From Methanobacteriota archaeon (lineage in GTDB: Archaea; Thermoplasmatota; E2; DHVEG-1): a DNA stretch of 64,000 nucleotides. The stretch is from assembly GCA_963769885.1 (NCBI GenBank), contig CAVYNH010000007.1, positions 96,001-160,000 of the forward strand. Reading direction: 5' to 3'. The translations under genes were made by a program, and so were the position numbers. The notes under the pieces were generated by a model, which saw only the letters and a list, made by a program, of their open reading frames with translations, did no database searches and was not told the DNA's origin. Shown here in pieces: positions 9,717 to 18,958 of the stretch (within the stretch, counting starts at the first letter, position 1; each line of letters begins with the position of its first letter).

Positions 9717-11078
9717 CATTAGGGTCGGGTCGCGGCGTCGCAGGGACCGGTAGGCGGCTCTGAAGAGGTAATGAGGGCGCAGGTAGAAGGCGTGGGTGGC
9801 GCGTCGGCCGATGCTGGCGAGGCGGGCGGCGGTGAACGGGCTGAGGTTTCGACCGGCGTCCGCCAGGATGTACGGGTCGTCATCCTCGGCGATGGTGCCG
9901 TGTTTGACGGCTTCGTCCCAGAGGTCGGAGCCGGTTTGGTAGGCGAGGGTCCGGTAATAGACGATATCGAGGGGCAGGCTGGCCGCGAAGCGAGTGGTTT
10001 GGCGGATGTGATCGGCGGTCTCGTGAGGTGCGCCGAGGATGAAGCTTCCCCAGGTGATGAACCCCATCTCTGCGGCGAGGGCGACTGCGTTGCTGCTCTG
10101 CTGCAGAGTGATGCGTTTGCGGTAGTAGTCGAGTATCTGCTGGGAGCCGGATTCCAGACCGTAAGAGATGAACCTGACGCCGGCTCGTCTCATCTTCTGG
10201 TAGAGGCCGCGGTCTGCGGTGTCGACGCGGGCGCCGAAGATGTAGAGGCTCCGGATCACGCCGTCGGCGATGATGCCGTCGAGGATCTGGGCCGTCCGTT
10301 TGAGGTCCGCGAGGAAGTTGCTGTCCTCGATAAGGACTGAGCCGTAGGTGGCGGGGAGATCGCGGAACTCACCGATGACGTTGTCCGAGGATCGTTTCCG
10401 GTAGGCGGGGCTGTGGACATGGGTCGTGCAGAACCGGCAGTGGAAGGGGCAGCCTCGACTGGTGAGCATGGAGGTGAAGCGGGGCTTCGTCAGGTAGACG
10501 CCGTTGAAGCGGCCGTAGTCGTAGCCGGCGACGAGGTGGCGGGCGGGGTACGGGAGGGAATCGAGGTTGCGATTCTCGATGGCGGGGGGCCCGGACTTGA
10601 CCTGGTCGTGGTCCCGATAGGAGATGCCGGGGACGGCAGCGAGGGGCCGCTGGCCCGCGAGGGCACAGAGGACGTCGTTTATGAGGAACTCGGCTTCGCC
10701 GTTGATGCTGATCTGCGCGGCGGGGATCTCCTGCAGGACGTGCTCAGGTCTGATCCTACAGTGTGGTCCTTGCAAGATGACGGGGAGGCCGGCGTCGTTG
10801 TCCCGGATGAAGCCGGCGAGATCCCGGGAGGCATCCACGTTCCCTGGCATGACGCTGAGGATGACGGCGTCGCTTCCCGTCAGGGCACGACGGGTCGCCT
10901 CCAATGGGTGATGCTCGCAGGCGAAATCCAAGACCTTCGCTGTATGACCGGCCTGCTCGAGGACTCCAGCGACATAGAGCAGATCCATCGGAGGGGAGAA
11001 GGGGGACCGCATCCTCCGCGGTGTAGTCCGCTGGAACATCGTAACCCCCTGCGTGGTTCGAATCAGGAGAAACCGCAT
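9711..11078 (-). CDS. cobalamin-binding radical SAM protein (class B methyltransferase-like)
   Basis: PPMDLLYVAG B12-binding start, SRGCPFHCRFC and GLESGS. Stop codon lies inside the IS right-end hairpin. Confidence 0.9.
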   Translation of the reverse strand: MRFLLIRTTQGVTMFQRTTPRRMRSPFSPPMDLLYVAGVLEQAGHTAKVLDFACEHHPLEATRRALTGSDAVILSVMPGNVDASRDLAGFIRDNDAGLPVILQGPHCRIRPEHVLQEIPAAQISINGEAEFLINDVLCALAGQRPLAAVPGISYRDHDQVKSGPPAIENRNLDSLPYPARHLVAGYDYGRFNGVYLTKPRFTSMLTSRGCPFHCRFCTTHVHSPAYRKRSSDNVIGEFRDLPATYGSVLIEDSNFLADLKRTAQILDGIIADGVIRSLYIFGARVDTADRGLYQKMRRAGVRFISYGLESGSQQILDYYRKRITLQQSSNAVALAAEMGFITWGSFILGAPHETADHIRQTTRFAASLPLDIVYYRTLAYQTGSDLWDEAVKHGTIAEDDDPYILADAGRNLSPFTAARLASIGRRATHAFYLRPHYLFRAAYRSLRRRDPTLMK

Positions 11079-11210
11079 CGCTGCCTCTACTGGTCTCATA
11101 CCACCAAGCGTTCAAAAACCTTCCTGGGAGCCCGAGAAATGGACACCACTCATCAAACAAGACATAAATAAACAAAAAGCCAACACCACGCCTAGAACCC
11201 AGAGTTAACC

Positions 11211-13748
11211 ATGGAGGACCCACGGATGACCTTACATACAAGCCGAACCAACCCCATCACCCGACCACTCACCACCCTCACCCTCACCATCCTCATGCTC
11301 ACCACGACGCTCGCCACGATCCCCGTCGGCGCCCGCGTCAGCGACCTCCACCTCCTCTACCCCCGCGGCGGCGAGACCATCATCGGCACCATCGACGTCA
11401 CCTTCACCGTCACCACCGAACCAGGCGCCCCCGGCAACAAGATCGCCGTCTCCTACAGCGCCTACGAAGCCGCAGGACCCTGGATCCTCATCACCGAACT
11501 GGACGACCTCGATGACCATGCACCCACCTACACCGTCCCCTGGACCACCACCCCACTCCACGACGGCGCCACCTACCAACTCCAGATCGCCGCCATCTAC
11601 CCCAACAACAGGACCATCTACCTCTCCACCACCTCCAGCGACTTCACCATCGCCCACCAAGATACCAACCTCCCCCCCGACATGCCCAAACCACTCGCCC
11701 CCACCGACGCCCAAACCGACGTCCCCACGAACACTACCCTCACCTGGTTCTGCACCGACCCCAACATCGGCGACACCCTCACCTACACCATCTCCTTCGG
11801 CGCCACCACCCCCCCACCCGTCATCCAGAAACAAACCACCACCAGCTACACCCCGCCTGCCCTCCTCTACGGCACCACCTACTACTGGCAGATTACCGCC
11901 ACCGACGCTGCCAATGCCAGCACCACCGGCCCCATCTGGAGCTTCACCACGCATCCCAACAAGCCCCCTCTACAACCAGACGCCCCCACCCCAGCGGACA
12001 ACACCACACACACAAACACCGACCTCACCTTCGCCTGGACCGCCACAGATCCCGATAACGACCCTCTTACCTACGACGTCTACCTCGGCGCCACCAGCCT
12101 TGACCTGGTGAGCGCGAACCAGACCACGACTTCCTACACCCCCAACTCTCTCGATTACGGCGCCTCCTACACCTGGCAGATTGTCGCCTGGGACATCCAT
12201 GGGTTCTCAACCCCCGGCCCGCGCTGGACCTTCACCATCCTGCCCTTCAACAACCAACCTGATGCGCCAGTCGACCCCTCCCCCGCGGACATGACAGCAG
12301 GAATACCCATAAGAACAAACCTCACCTGGACCGGGTTCGACCCCGACGGCGACCTCCTCACCTACGACGTGTACTTCGGGACCAGCGAGCCTCTCCCTCT
12401 CGTCGCTGCCAACTTCACGATCACGACCTATGCCCTGCCTTGCCTCGATTATGGGACCTATTACCTTTGGCGGATTGTGGCGTGGGACACCCGCGATGCC
12501 TCGTGTTCAAGCCCGACATGGTCTTTTACGACGCATCAAAACCAGCCACCAAGCGTCCCCAGCAACCCGACCCCGGCAGATACCGCGGCCAACGTCAAAC
12601 AGGCTGTGAGCCTCAGCTGGACGAGCATCGATCCCGACGCTGATGATACCCTCAGCTTTAACGTGTATTTCGGGACTTCCACCTCGCCCCCGCTTGTCGC
12701 GCGGAACCTGACCGGACTCAGCTACAATCCAGGCCCGCTTGTCTATGGCACCCACTACTACTGGCGTATCGTCGCCTGGGACTCCCATGGATTCTCGACC
12801 CCGGGCCCGCTCTGGTCGTTTACGCTGGAGCCGCAGCGACATTATGGAGGCGGAGCCGGCGCCGTCTCTCAAGCGCCGACCGCCGAAGCCAACGGCCCGT
12901 ATACTGCCATCGTTGGCATGCCGATTCGTTTCAACGCATCGGGCAGCCATGATAACGACGAGGGAGGATCCTCGATCGTGAAGTACGAATGGAAGTTCTC
13001 CACCCAAGACTCCTGGAGGACCCTCACGACGACGCCGACCTTTTCGTACCTGCAGTCGGGCGATTTCACCGTTACGCTCAGAATCACTGACGACGAAGGG
13101 CAGACGGCGACAGACACCGCAGCCGTCCACATCTCCCCGACGTCTCTCACCCCTGCCATCAGCGGCCCGTCGACTGGACGAATACACACCGGCTACGAAT
13201 TCATCCTCAGCACCACACCAAATGATCAGACCACGATGCACTACCATATCGACTGGGGCGACGGTCTCAGCGAAGACATCGATGGCCAACCCGCGGGTGA
13301 AACCATGGTGAGCCATACTTGGACGACGGCCCATCCCTACATGATTCAAGTCACGGTCAAAGACGACGTGACATCGGGCTCAGTCTCGAGGCAATTCCTG
13401 GTCGATTCGATCCTCGTCGCTAGCTTCGGCGCTCTCCTCGACCTCAACGACGACGCAAGCTACGACGTTTTTGACAATTTGAACGGAGTCCAGACCGCAG
13501 TCCAACAGCATACGCCTGGAGACTACACCATCGATGTGGACGGAAACGGCGCTCCGGACTACCTCTTCAACACCAATGACGGTTCACTGACCGCACTCAG
13601 CGCGGTAGACGCCCCAGGCTGGCAGCAGGCCATCCTGTTCTGGGGGATCATTATCATCCTCCTTATCAGTATAGCCTCATCAATAATCCTTCTGACCCTG
13701 AAAGGGAGGAAAAGGCGACGGCATTCAACTCAAAAACAGACAGAATAA
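11211..13748 (+). CDS. membrane-anchored surface protein with four FN3-like repeats and PKD domains
   Basis: Repeats N.PP..P..P.P.D......L.W...DPD.D.LTYDVYFG...YYW.IVAWD...GP.WSFT, PKD, C-terminal TM helix and basic tail. Confidence 0.88.
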   Translation: MEDPRMTLHTSRTNPITRPLTTLTLTILMLTTTLATIPVGARVSDLHLLYPRGGETIIGTIDVTFTVTTEPGAPGNKIAVSYSAYEAAGPWILITELDDLDDHAPTYTVPWTTTPLHDGATYQLQIAAIYPNNRTIYLSTTSSDFTIAHQDTNLPPDMPKPLAPTDAQTDVPTNTTLTWFCTDPNIGDTLTYTISFGATTPPPVIQKQTTTSYTPPALLYGTTYYWQITATDAANASTTGPIWSFTTHPNKPPLQPDAPTPADNTTHTNTDLTFAWTATDPDNDPLTYDVYLGATSLDLVSANQTTTSYTPNSLDYGASYTWQIVAWDIHGFSTPGPRWTFTILPFNNQPDAPVDPSPADMTAGIPIRTNLTWTGFDPDGDLLTYDVYFGTSEPLPLVAANFTITTYALPCLDYGTYYLWRIVAWDTRDASCSSPTWSFTTHQNQPPSVPSNPTPADTAANVKQAVSLSWTSIDPDADDTLSFNVYFGTSTSPPLVARNLTGLSYNPGPLVYGTHYYWRIVAWDSHGFSTPGPLWSFTLEPQRHYGGGAGAVSQAPTAEANGPYTAIVGMPIRFNASGSHDNDEGGSSIVKYEWKFSTQDSWRTLTTTPTFSYLQSGDFTVTLRITDDEGQTATDTAAVHISPTSLTPAISGPSTGRIHTGYEFILSTTPNDQTTMHYHIDWGDGLSEDIDGQPAGETMVSHTWTTAHPYMIQVTVKDDVTSGSVSRQFLVDSILVASFGALLDLNDDASYDVFDNLNGVQTAVQQHTPGDYTIDVDGNGAPDYLFNTNDGSLTALSAVDAPGWQQAILFWGIIIILLISIASSIILLTLKGRKRRRHSTQKQTE

Positions 13749-13777
13749 GATTACACCCAAGGAGCCACTCCATCTTC

Positions 13778-13900
13778 ATGATCATCTGTCCGTACTGCAA
13801 ACAGCCATTGAAATTCAATGAGAATGAAGAAGTCATCCACCATGTCTGTACCGACGGATTTTCCTACTACATCCTCAAAAAAGAAAAAACAAAAAAGTAG
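13778..13900 (+). CDS. small zinc-ribbon-like protein (40 aa)
   Basis: MIICPYCKQPLKFNENEEVIHHVCTDGFSYYILKKEKTKK with AAGGAG upstream. Below the ORF-track cutoff. Confidence 0.55.
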   Translation: MIICPYCKQPLKFNENEEVIHHVCTDGFSYYILKKEKTKK

Positions 13901-13981
13901 ATGCGTTGTTCGCTTCGAATCCCCTTTTCCTGAGAGCCGCCAGAGGGATGCCTGATTCCTACTTCATAGTCTGCTTGAAAA

Positions 13982-14134
13982 AGCAGAAAATTCTTCCGAA
14001 CCATCGGCGACGCAGACACAAACACCGTGATCAACTACGTCAAAAATCATCGCTTCCAACAAACTACCCTCGACGGGTTTCCAGTAGCAGCCTAATCCCC
14101 CGGAAGCCCCGGCATTTATGCCGAGGAGGATGTC
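13982..14134 (+). pseudogene. IS200/IS605 tnpA 3' remnant plus right-end hairpin
   Basis: SRKFFRTIGDADTNTVINYVKNHRFQQTTLDGF* resembles the TnpA C-terminus (F.SVG...V..YV). Followed by GAAGCCCCGGCA-TTTA-TGCCGAGGAGGATGTC, a typical IS605 end. Confidence 0.75.
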
Positions 14135-14142
14135 GCTATTCT

Positions 14143-14426
14143 GTATTAGTTTAGTTTAGGAAGGTTGGAGGTATTTTTTAAGCTCCGGGAGAGGCACAGT
14201 TCGCGTCTGAGCAGGTTTGTTAACTCCTCAGACATGTTTTTTCCTTGCAGTCGTCAGGTTGCAGGCACGGAGGCGATACGCTGATAATTCTCCAGTCCCC
14301 GCATGGACCGGAAGGCGCCGATGATCTTGCTTATGATCGCATGCTCGCGGATCGCCTGCTCCGCAAGGGTGCTCGTTGGCTGCATCCCCGGAAAGAGGAG
14401 GCAGGTATGCCAGCTGCCCAGCCCTT
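14143..14426 (-). pseudogene. IS66-family transposase C-terminal remnant with probable terminal IR
   Basis: WHTCLLFPGMQPTSTLAEQAIREHAIISKIIGAFRSMRG...ASVPAT*RLQGKN matches the degenerate IS66 PTNN.AE.AIR..V..RK..G.FRS motif, with an internal stop. GTATTAGTTTAG at 14143 is IR-like. Confidence 0.75.
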
Positions 14427-14429
14427 TTG

Positions 14430-17400
14430 TTAGACAGTACGGCGTTTTCTGAGGATCGCTAGTATCACAAGAATGATACCGATACTGATGATGCAGGCGA
14501 TGATGATGATGGTTATAGTATGCCAGGGGAATGCTGCTGGTTCTTCTGGTGGATTGATGAAATACGTGGATGTTGAGGTCAGGATGTGTCCGCTCTCATC
14601 AGATGCTGTGATTGTTAAAATATAGGTTCCGCGTCCTAGGTCATATGCGGGGGTGAAGGTATAGTTTTTATGATCTGTGGTCGTGAGTTGGTTCACAATG
14701 TTGATTCCACCGATGGTCGCTGTGCTGATTGTCACAGGGTTGTAGTAGGCGATATAGATGGTTGGTCTGGTGATGGTAAAGGTTGTTCCATCAGCTGGTT
14801 GGAAGCTGGGTGGAAGGATGTCATAGTTGAAGATGAAGCGGTATTGTGTTGCAGCGTCATCAAGGACGTAGATTTTCCCGTTTTCACGCCAGATTTTATC
14901 TGATGGGATGGTTCTACCGTCAGATGTTTTCACTATAAGAGTATAGTCAGGGTATATGTCTGGTGGGAATTGATCGGTGATTTCGATGTACACCCAGTTG
15001 TTTTTCTCAACGCTGATGACAACTGTCACGGTTTCCAGTGTTGTGTCAATGATGGTGTCTTCAATAACTCCGATCTGAGGAGTGACCAGAATGATAGTGT
15101 TTGCGTCTGTGTCCCAGAAGAACTCAGGGATACTGTCGTTGTCTGTTGATATCAAAAAGCAGGAATGCCCGTCAATGAGGAAGATATCGTGGATCTGCCT
15201 GAGGACGCCGTGAGGATCAACAAAGATGTCAACGCGACCGTCACCATTTGAGTCACGTGCGTAGAACGGCGTACTCAAAGAAAGATTGAACTGACTGTTC
15301 ACCTCAGTCATCACCGCTGCTGACGCATAGATGATTATCTCCTGCGGTAATGTACCACCGCCATGGTAGTGACCGCTACTGGTGCGCTTTGTGGTGGCGT
15401 GTGCACTTGCATTCTCATCAGACCACTGAACGAGCAGAGGGGTCGTCCAATTTGTGAAACTCCACGCCTGATAGTAATAGGTTACCCCCATGGAGAGGTT
15501 GGTATGCTCGACCATGGTTCCTGTGTCGTTGTAGATCATGATCCCCTGGCCCTGCTCCCAGACCTCGCTGGTTTGGTTGTACTCGATGTAGGTACGGTTC
15601 GCTCCATCTCCCTTGCTCCATGAGAGAAAAATCGCTGATGTGGAGTTGGCCTGCGCAGAAAAGCCATCTGGTGCCTTGGGTTTCGTGAGGAATGTCGTTT
15701 CAGTCCCATTGCTGAGGCCGATGGAATTGTTTGCCCATGCTCGGGCATAATACAGTTGTCCCGCGGTGAGGCCGCTTGCGTTATAGCTGAAGGTGTCGCC
15801 GGGGGAAACAACGCCGATGGAGTGATTGTTCGCATACAGTGTCCCGGAGTCGGTGTCGTACCAGAAGCCGCAGGTTGTGGATGCTGAACCGTTCTGCATA
15901 AGGAAGCCGTTGAGTGTCGCGTTGGTTGATTTCACACCGGTTGTGGTGTTTGTTGTCACCGTTGGTGATGCCTGTGCTGTTTTGTTTGCTTGGGCGTAGG
16001 CGTCTGAGTACTGGCTGAGTGAGCCCCAAGAGGAGTATTCCCATACACGGTAGTACCAGGTGTCTCCTGCTGTTAAGCCTGTGTTATTTGTGCTGGAGCC
16101 TGTGTTGTTGTAGCCGAATGTTCCATCGGTGACCGATGACGGGTAGCTTCCTTTCTTTCCACGTAGAACGCTTTGGTTGTATCCTGTTCCATGTGTCCAG
16201 GATATCGTCTGTTGTCCGCTGCCTGAATTGGTGATGGTAAGTCCTGTTGGCGGGTTTGGTTTCGTGAGGAATGTCGTTTCAGTCCCATTGCTGAGGCCAG
16301 CGGAATTGTTTGCCCATGTCTGACAGAAATACAGCTGTCCCGCAGTAAGACCACTTGCATTATAACTGAACGTGTCGCCCTGGGAAACAACGCCGACGGA
16401 ATGATTATTCGCATACGGTGCACCAGAATCGGTGTCGTACCAGAAGCCGCAGGTGGTCTGCACGCCACCATCGTCGCTGAGATACCCCCATAGTGTCGCG
16501 TTGGTTGATTTCACGCCGGTTGAGGCGTTCGTGGTTACTACTGGCCACCAGTCCGCTTCCCCGCCGAAGCGAGGGTAATCGGCGCCGTCATCGATGAACC
16601 ACGTCTCATCCACCCATAGTGCTTTTGTCTGGATGTCCCATCCGGCATTACTAAAGGTTGAGAACGTCTGCATTTCGGCGGTTGTTTTCCCGACGGCGTT
16701 CCCTGTGGTCGTTGTCTGACCGGAGGTGTTCTTATCAAAGAAGTTCCCGACATCGGCGTAGTTCCCCCCCGTGGTCTGCGCCCCCACAAACCCTTTACTT
16801 GTTGGGTCGGTCGACCCTGCGTAATGGACGCTCCCTATTGAATAGGAATTCAATATGCTTCCTTTATTGTTATATCCGGCAAAACCCCCTATATTTACAG
16901 CGGCCCCAGAGGACCGTGTCGCACTCCCGGTCGCATAGCAATCAGAGATAGTGACAGAATAATAGGAACCATCATGGATACCAACAAGCCCCCCTACCAG
17001 AAGTTTTCCAGTCACGTTTCCCGTGGCATAGGAACGTTCGATGGACCCATCGTTGTATCCGACCAGCCCCCCTATATAACCGGTGCTGCCTGTTCCGGTC
17101 ACCTTTCCCGTGGCATAGGAATCTTCGATGGACCCATCGTTCATTGCAATGAGCCCGCCCACATAGTCTAATCCGGTCACCTGTACTGCGGCATGGCAAC
17201 GTACGATGGAGCCTGAAGTATAACTCCATCCAACTAAACCGCCAGCATCGTAATCTGCTGTGTGGGTCACATTCCCCGTGACATAGGAATTTATGACGGA
17301 CCCGAAAAGCATTCCAACGAGTCCCGCTGCATCACTTTTTCCTTTGACATTGACATTGATGAGACCGAGGTTCTTTACCGTCCCTGCTGCTTTTATGTAG

Positions 17401-17798
17401 CCGAAAAACGCTTGATAAGTTGTGGCGCTTCGGTTGATGAAGAGATGGGAGATGGTGTGGTTGTTTCCATTTAATGTGCCTGCAAAACCTGATGGATAAC
17501 TGCCAATCCGAAGCCAGCCTGAGCCTGTCGTGTTTCCTGTCTTGTTCGCAGGATTAAGATAATCCCCATCATTCTGGAAATCCAAATCGTTCATCAAACT
17601 GAAGTTTTTATCAAGGTGGTAGCGGATGTTCCACAAATGCTCAATCTTTGTGACCTGATACGGGTCGCCTGCCGTGCCGGAGCCGCCATCAAACTGGTCC
17701 GCTCTCACGATGCCTCCGTTCGGCAACAGCGGAAACACGGCAATCATCAGCAAAAAAAGAATGCTTATTGACACTACTTTTTTACGCATATTTTTCAT
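14430..17798 (-). CDS. GLUG-motif / FN3 membrane-anchored surface protein
   Basis: Signal peptide, GSGTAGDPYQV, repeated GGLVG...I..SYATG.V.G (GLUG), FN3-like modules, C-terminal TM and RKRR. Confidence 0.88.
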   Translation of the reverse strand: MKNMRKKVVSISILFLLMIAVFPLLPNGGIVRADQFDGGSGTAGDPYQVTKIEHLWNIRYHLDKNFSLMNDLDFQNDGDYLNPANKTGNTTGSGWLRIGSYPSGFAGTLNGNNHTISHLFINRSATTYQAFFGYIKAAGTVKNLGLINVNVKGKSDAAGLVGMLFGSVINSYVTGNVTHTADYDAGGLVGWSYTSGSIVRCHAAVQVTGLDYVGGLIAMNDGSIEDSYATGKVTGTGSTGYIGGLVGYNDGSIERSYATGNVTGKLLVGGLVGIHDGSYYSVTISDCYATGSATRSSGAAVNIGGFAGYNNKGSILNSYSIGSVHYAGSTDPTSKGFVGAQTTGGNYADVGNFFDKNTSGQTTTTGNAVGKTTAEMQTFSTFSNAGWDIQTKALWVDETWFIDDGADYPRFGGEADWWPVVTTNASTGVKSTNATLWGYLSDDGGVQTTCGFWYDTDSGAPYANNHSVGVVSQGDTFSYNASGLTAGQLYFCQTWANNSAGLSNGTETTFLTKPNPPTGLTITNSGSGQQTISWTHGTGYNQSVLRGKKGSYPSSVTDGTFGYNNTGSSTNNTGLTAGDTWYYRVWEYSSWGSLSQYSDAYAQANKTAQASPTVTTNTTTGVKSTNATLNGFLMQNGSASTTCGFWYDTDSGTLYANNHSIGVVSPGDTFSYNASGLTAGQLYYARAWANNSIGLSNGTETTFLTKPKAPDGFSAQANSTSAIFLSWSKGDGANRTYIEYNQTSEVWEQGQGIMIYNDTGTMVEHTNLSMGVTYYYQAWSFTNWTTPLLVQWSDENASAHATTKRTSSGHYHGGGTLPQEIIIYASAAVMTEVNSQFNLSLSTPFYARDSNGDGRVDIFVDPHGVLRQIHDIFLIDGHSCFLISTDNDSIPEFFWDTDANTIILVTPQIGVIEDTIIDTTLETVTVVISVEKNNWVYIEITDQFPPDIYPDYTLIVKTSDGRTIPSDKIWRENGKIYVLDDAATQYRFIFNYDILPPSFQPADGTTFTITRPTIYIAYYNPVTISTATIGGINIVNQLTTTDHKNYTFTPAYDLGRGTYILTITASDESGHILTSTSTYFINPPEEPAAFPWHTITIIIIACIISIGIILVILAILRKRRTV
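15679..16522. repeat. intragenic duplication of about 265 bp (about 15679-15943 and 16258-16522)
   Basis: GGTTTCGTGAGGAATGTCGTTTCAGTCCCATTGCTGAGGCC is identical in both copies, offset 579 bp. Protein TCGFWYDTDSG..YANNHS...NGTETTFLTKP occurs twice. Confidence 0.9.
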
Positions 17799-17947
17799 AT
17801 TTCTCTTTCTCCATATTTCACCAGGATACACCCCTCTACGGCAGTTTCCATTACACAAGAACCCACGTTATCTCACCACCATCGGAGATAATAACGACCA
17901 CCACACAACAATAAAACAAATATACTCTTTTAACCGTTTCCTGGAAG

Positions 17948-17978
17948 AGAAATCCCCATGCTTCAGCGTGGGGATGAA
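17948..17978 (+). mobile_element. isolated IS200/IS605-type end hairpin
   Basis: GAAATCCCCATGC-TTCA-GCGTGGGGATGAA has the same architecture and orientation as the hairpin at 14103-14133. Confidence 0.55.
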
Positions 17979-18014
17979 TTAAGGGGTCATCAACAGGAGA
18001 AAAAAAGTTCCGGA

Positions 18015-18088
18015 AGCCGCTGAAGGGATTTGAACCCTCGACCTATTCCTTACCAAGGAATCGCGCTACCAGGCTGAGCCACAGCGGC
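18015..18088 (-). tRNA. tRNA-Thr(GGT)
   Basis: GCCGCTG...CAGCGGC acceptor, ATTCC-TTGGTAA-GGAAT anticodon arm and GGTTCAAATCC T arm. No intron, no encoded CCA. Confidence 0.96.
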
Positions 18089-18185
18089 AAACAACCACCC
18101 ACAATATCAAGGAGGGGTATTTTACTCTTTCTTTGGCGGAAAGCCTCCAAGAAACAGCAAAGAATCGACTAAAGATAGTTTCGTC

Positions 18186-18806
18186 TCACGCCAGAATGAT
18201 GACCGGATTGGCAAACGCCGTCGGGGTCCGGAAGTCAATGGGCCCCCAGGCTCCGCTCTCAGGGATGATATCACCGATGATCGTGACACCTTCCCCAATC
18301 CCTCCAAAACACGCCGTGGTATTCACCGCCAGCATCACGTTATCCCCCCGGTTGATCACCGGCTGCGCCGCCGAACAGGAGCCATCCGTATCCGTCAATA
18401 CGATCACCCCATACTCCGCTCCCGTCGAGGGAAAAGCCGCCTCCGAAAACACATCCCTCGTCCCCATGACCGCATCGACAAGGTCAGACGCGTTGAACGT
18501 CAACACGCACTTCGTCGCTGTGTCCGAGATCTCAATCGTCAGTCGGTTCAAACCCACCTGGAGGCTCCCCGGTTGCGGCGTAATCACCATCACTATCTTA
18601 TCGATCGCCCCGGAGGTATTATGTCCCTGAATGGTTACAATCTTGACTCCCGTCGAGACCTCCGTAATCGTCTGCTCTGCTGAGGTCTTCGACTGCGCCT
18701 GAAGCTGCTGGCTCGTCTGATAAATCGCAAACGCCGCCATCCCCACCAGCAAGACCACGGCGATAAACACAATCAGCATCCCAATGCCAACGGCCGCTCT
18801 ATCCAA
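18186..18806 (-). CDS. flaB: archaellin (archaeal flagellin), start uncertain
   Basis: DRA/AVGIGMLIVFIAVVLL class III signal and N-terminal helix, EVSTGVKI, INRGD, and IIPESG. Confidence 0.88.
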   Translation of the reverse strand: MDRAAVGIGMLIVFIAVVLLVGMAAFAIYQTSQQLQAQSKTSAEQTITEVSTGVKIVTIQGHNTSGAIDKIVMVITPQPGSLQVGLNRLTIEISDTATKCVLTFNASDLVDAVMGTRDVFSEAAFPSTGAEYGVIVLTDTDGSCSAAQPVINRGDNVMLAVNTTACFGGIGEGVTIIGDIIPESGAWGPIDFRTPTAFANPVIILA

Positions 18807-18958
18807 AGCACTCCGCGGAATATGAATCCCCTCGTCTACTAGGTACCCTCAAAGTAAAGAATCACCAAGGTACTATTTGAGCATTATTCCCCCCAATAAA
18901 TATGGGTTGAAGGCGAATCTTTTTCAGGGAGAACAGGATTGAGGACCACCGTGGAACC

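Noticed and set aside
14245-14433. 62-aa plus-strand ORF, and 13906-14154
   Set aside because: Antisense or off-frame to the IS66 and IS200 remnants.
15679-16522. DGR template/variable repeat pair
   Set aside because: Both copies are in-frame domains of one gene, differences are not adenine-specific by eye, and no reverse transcriptase is in the window.
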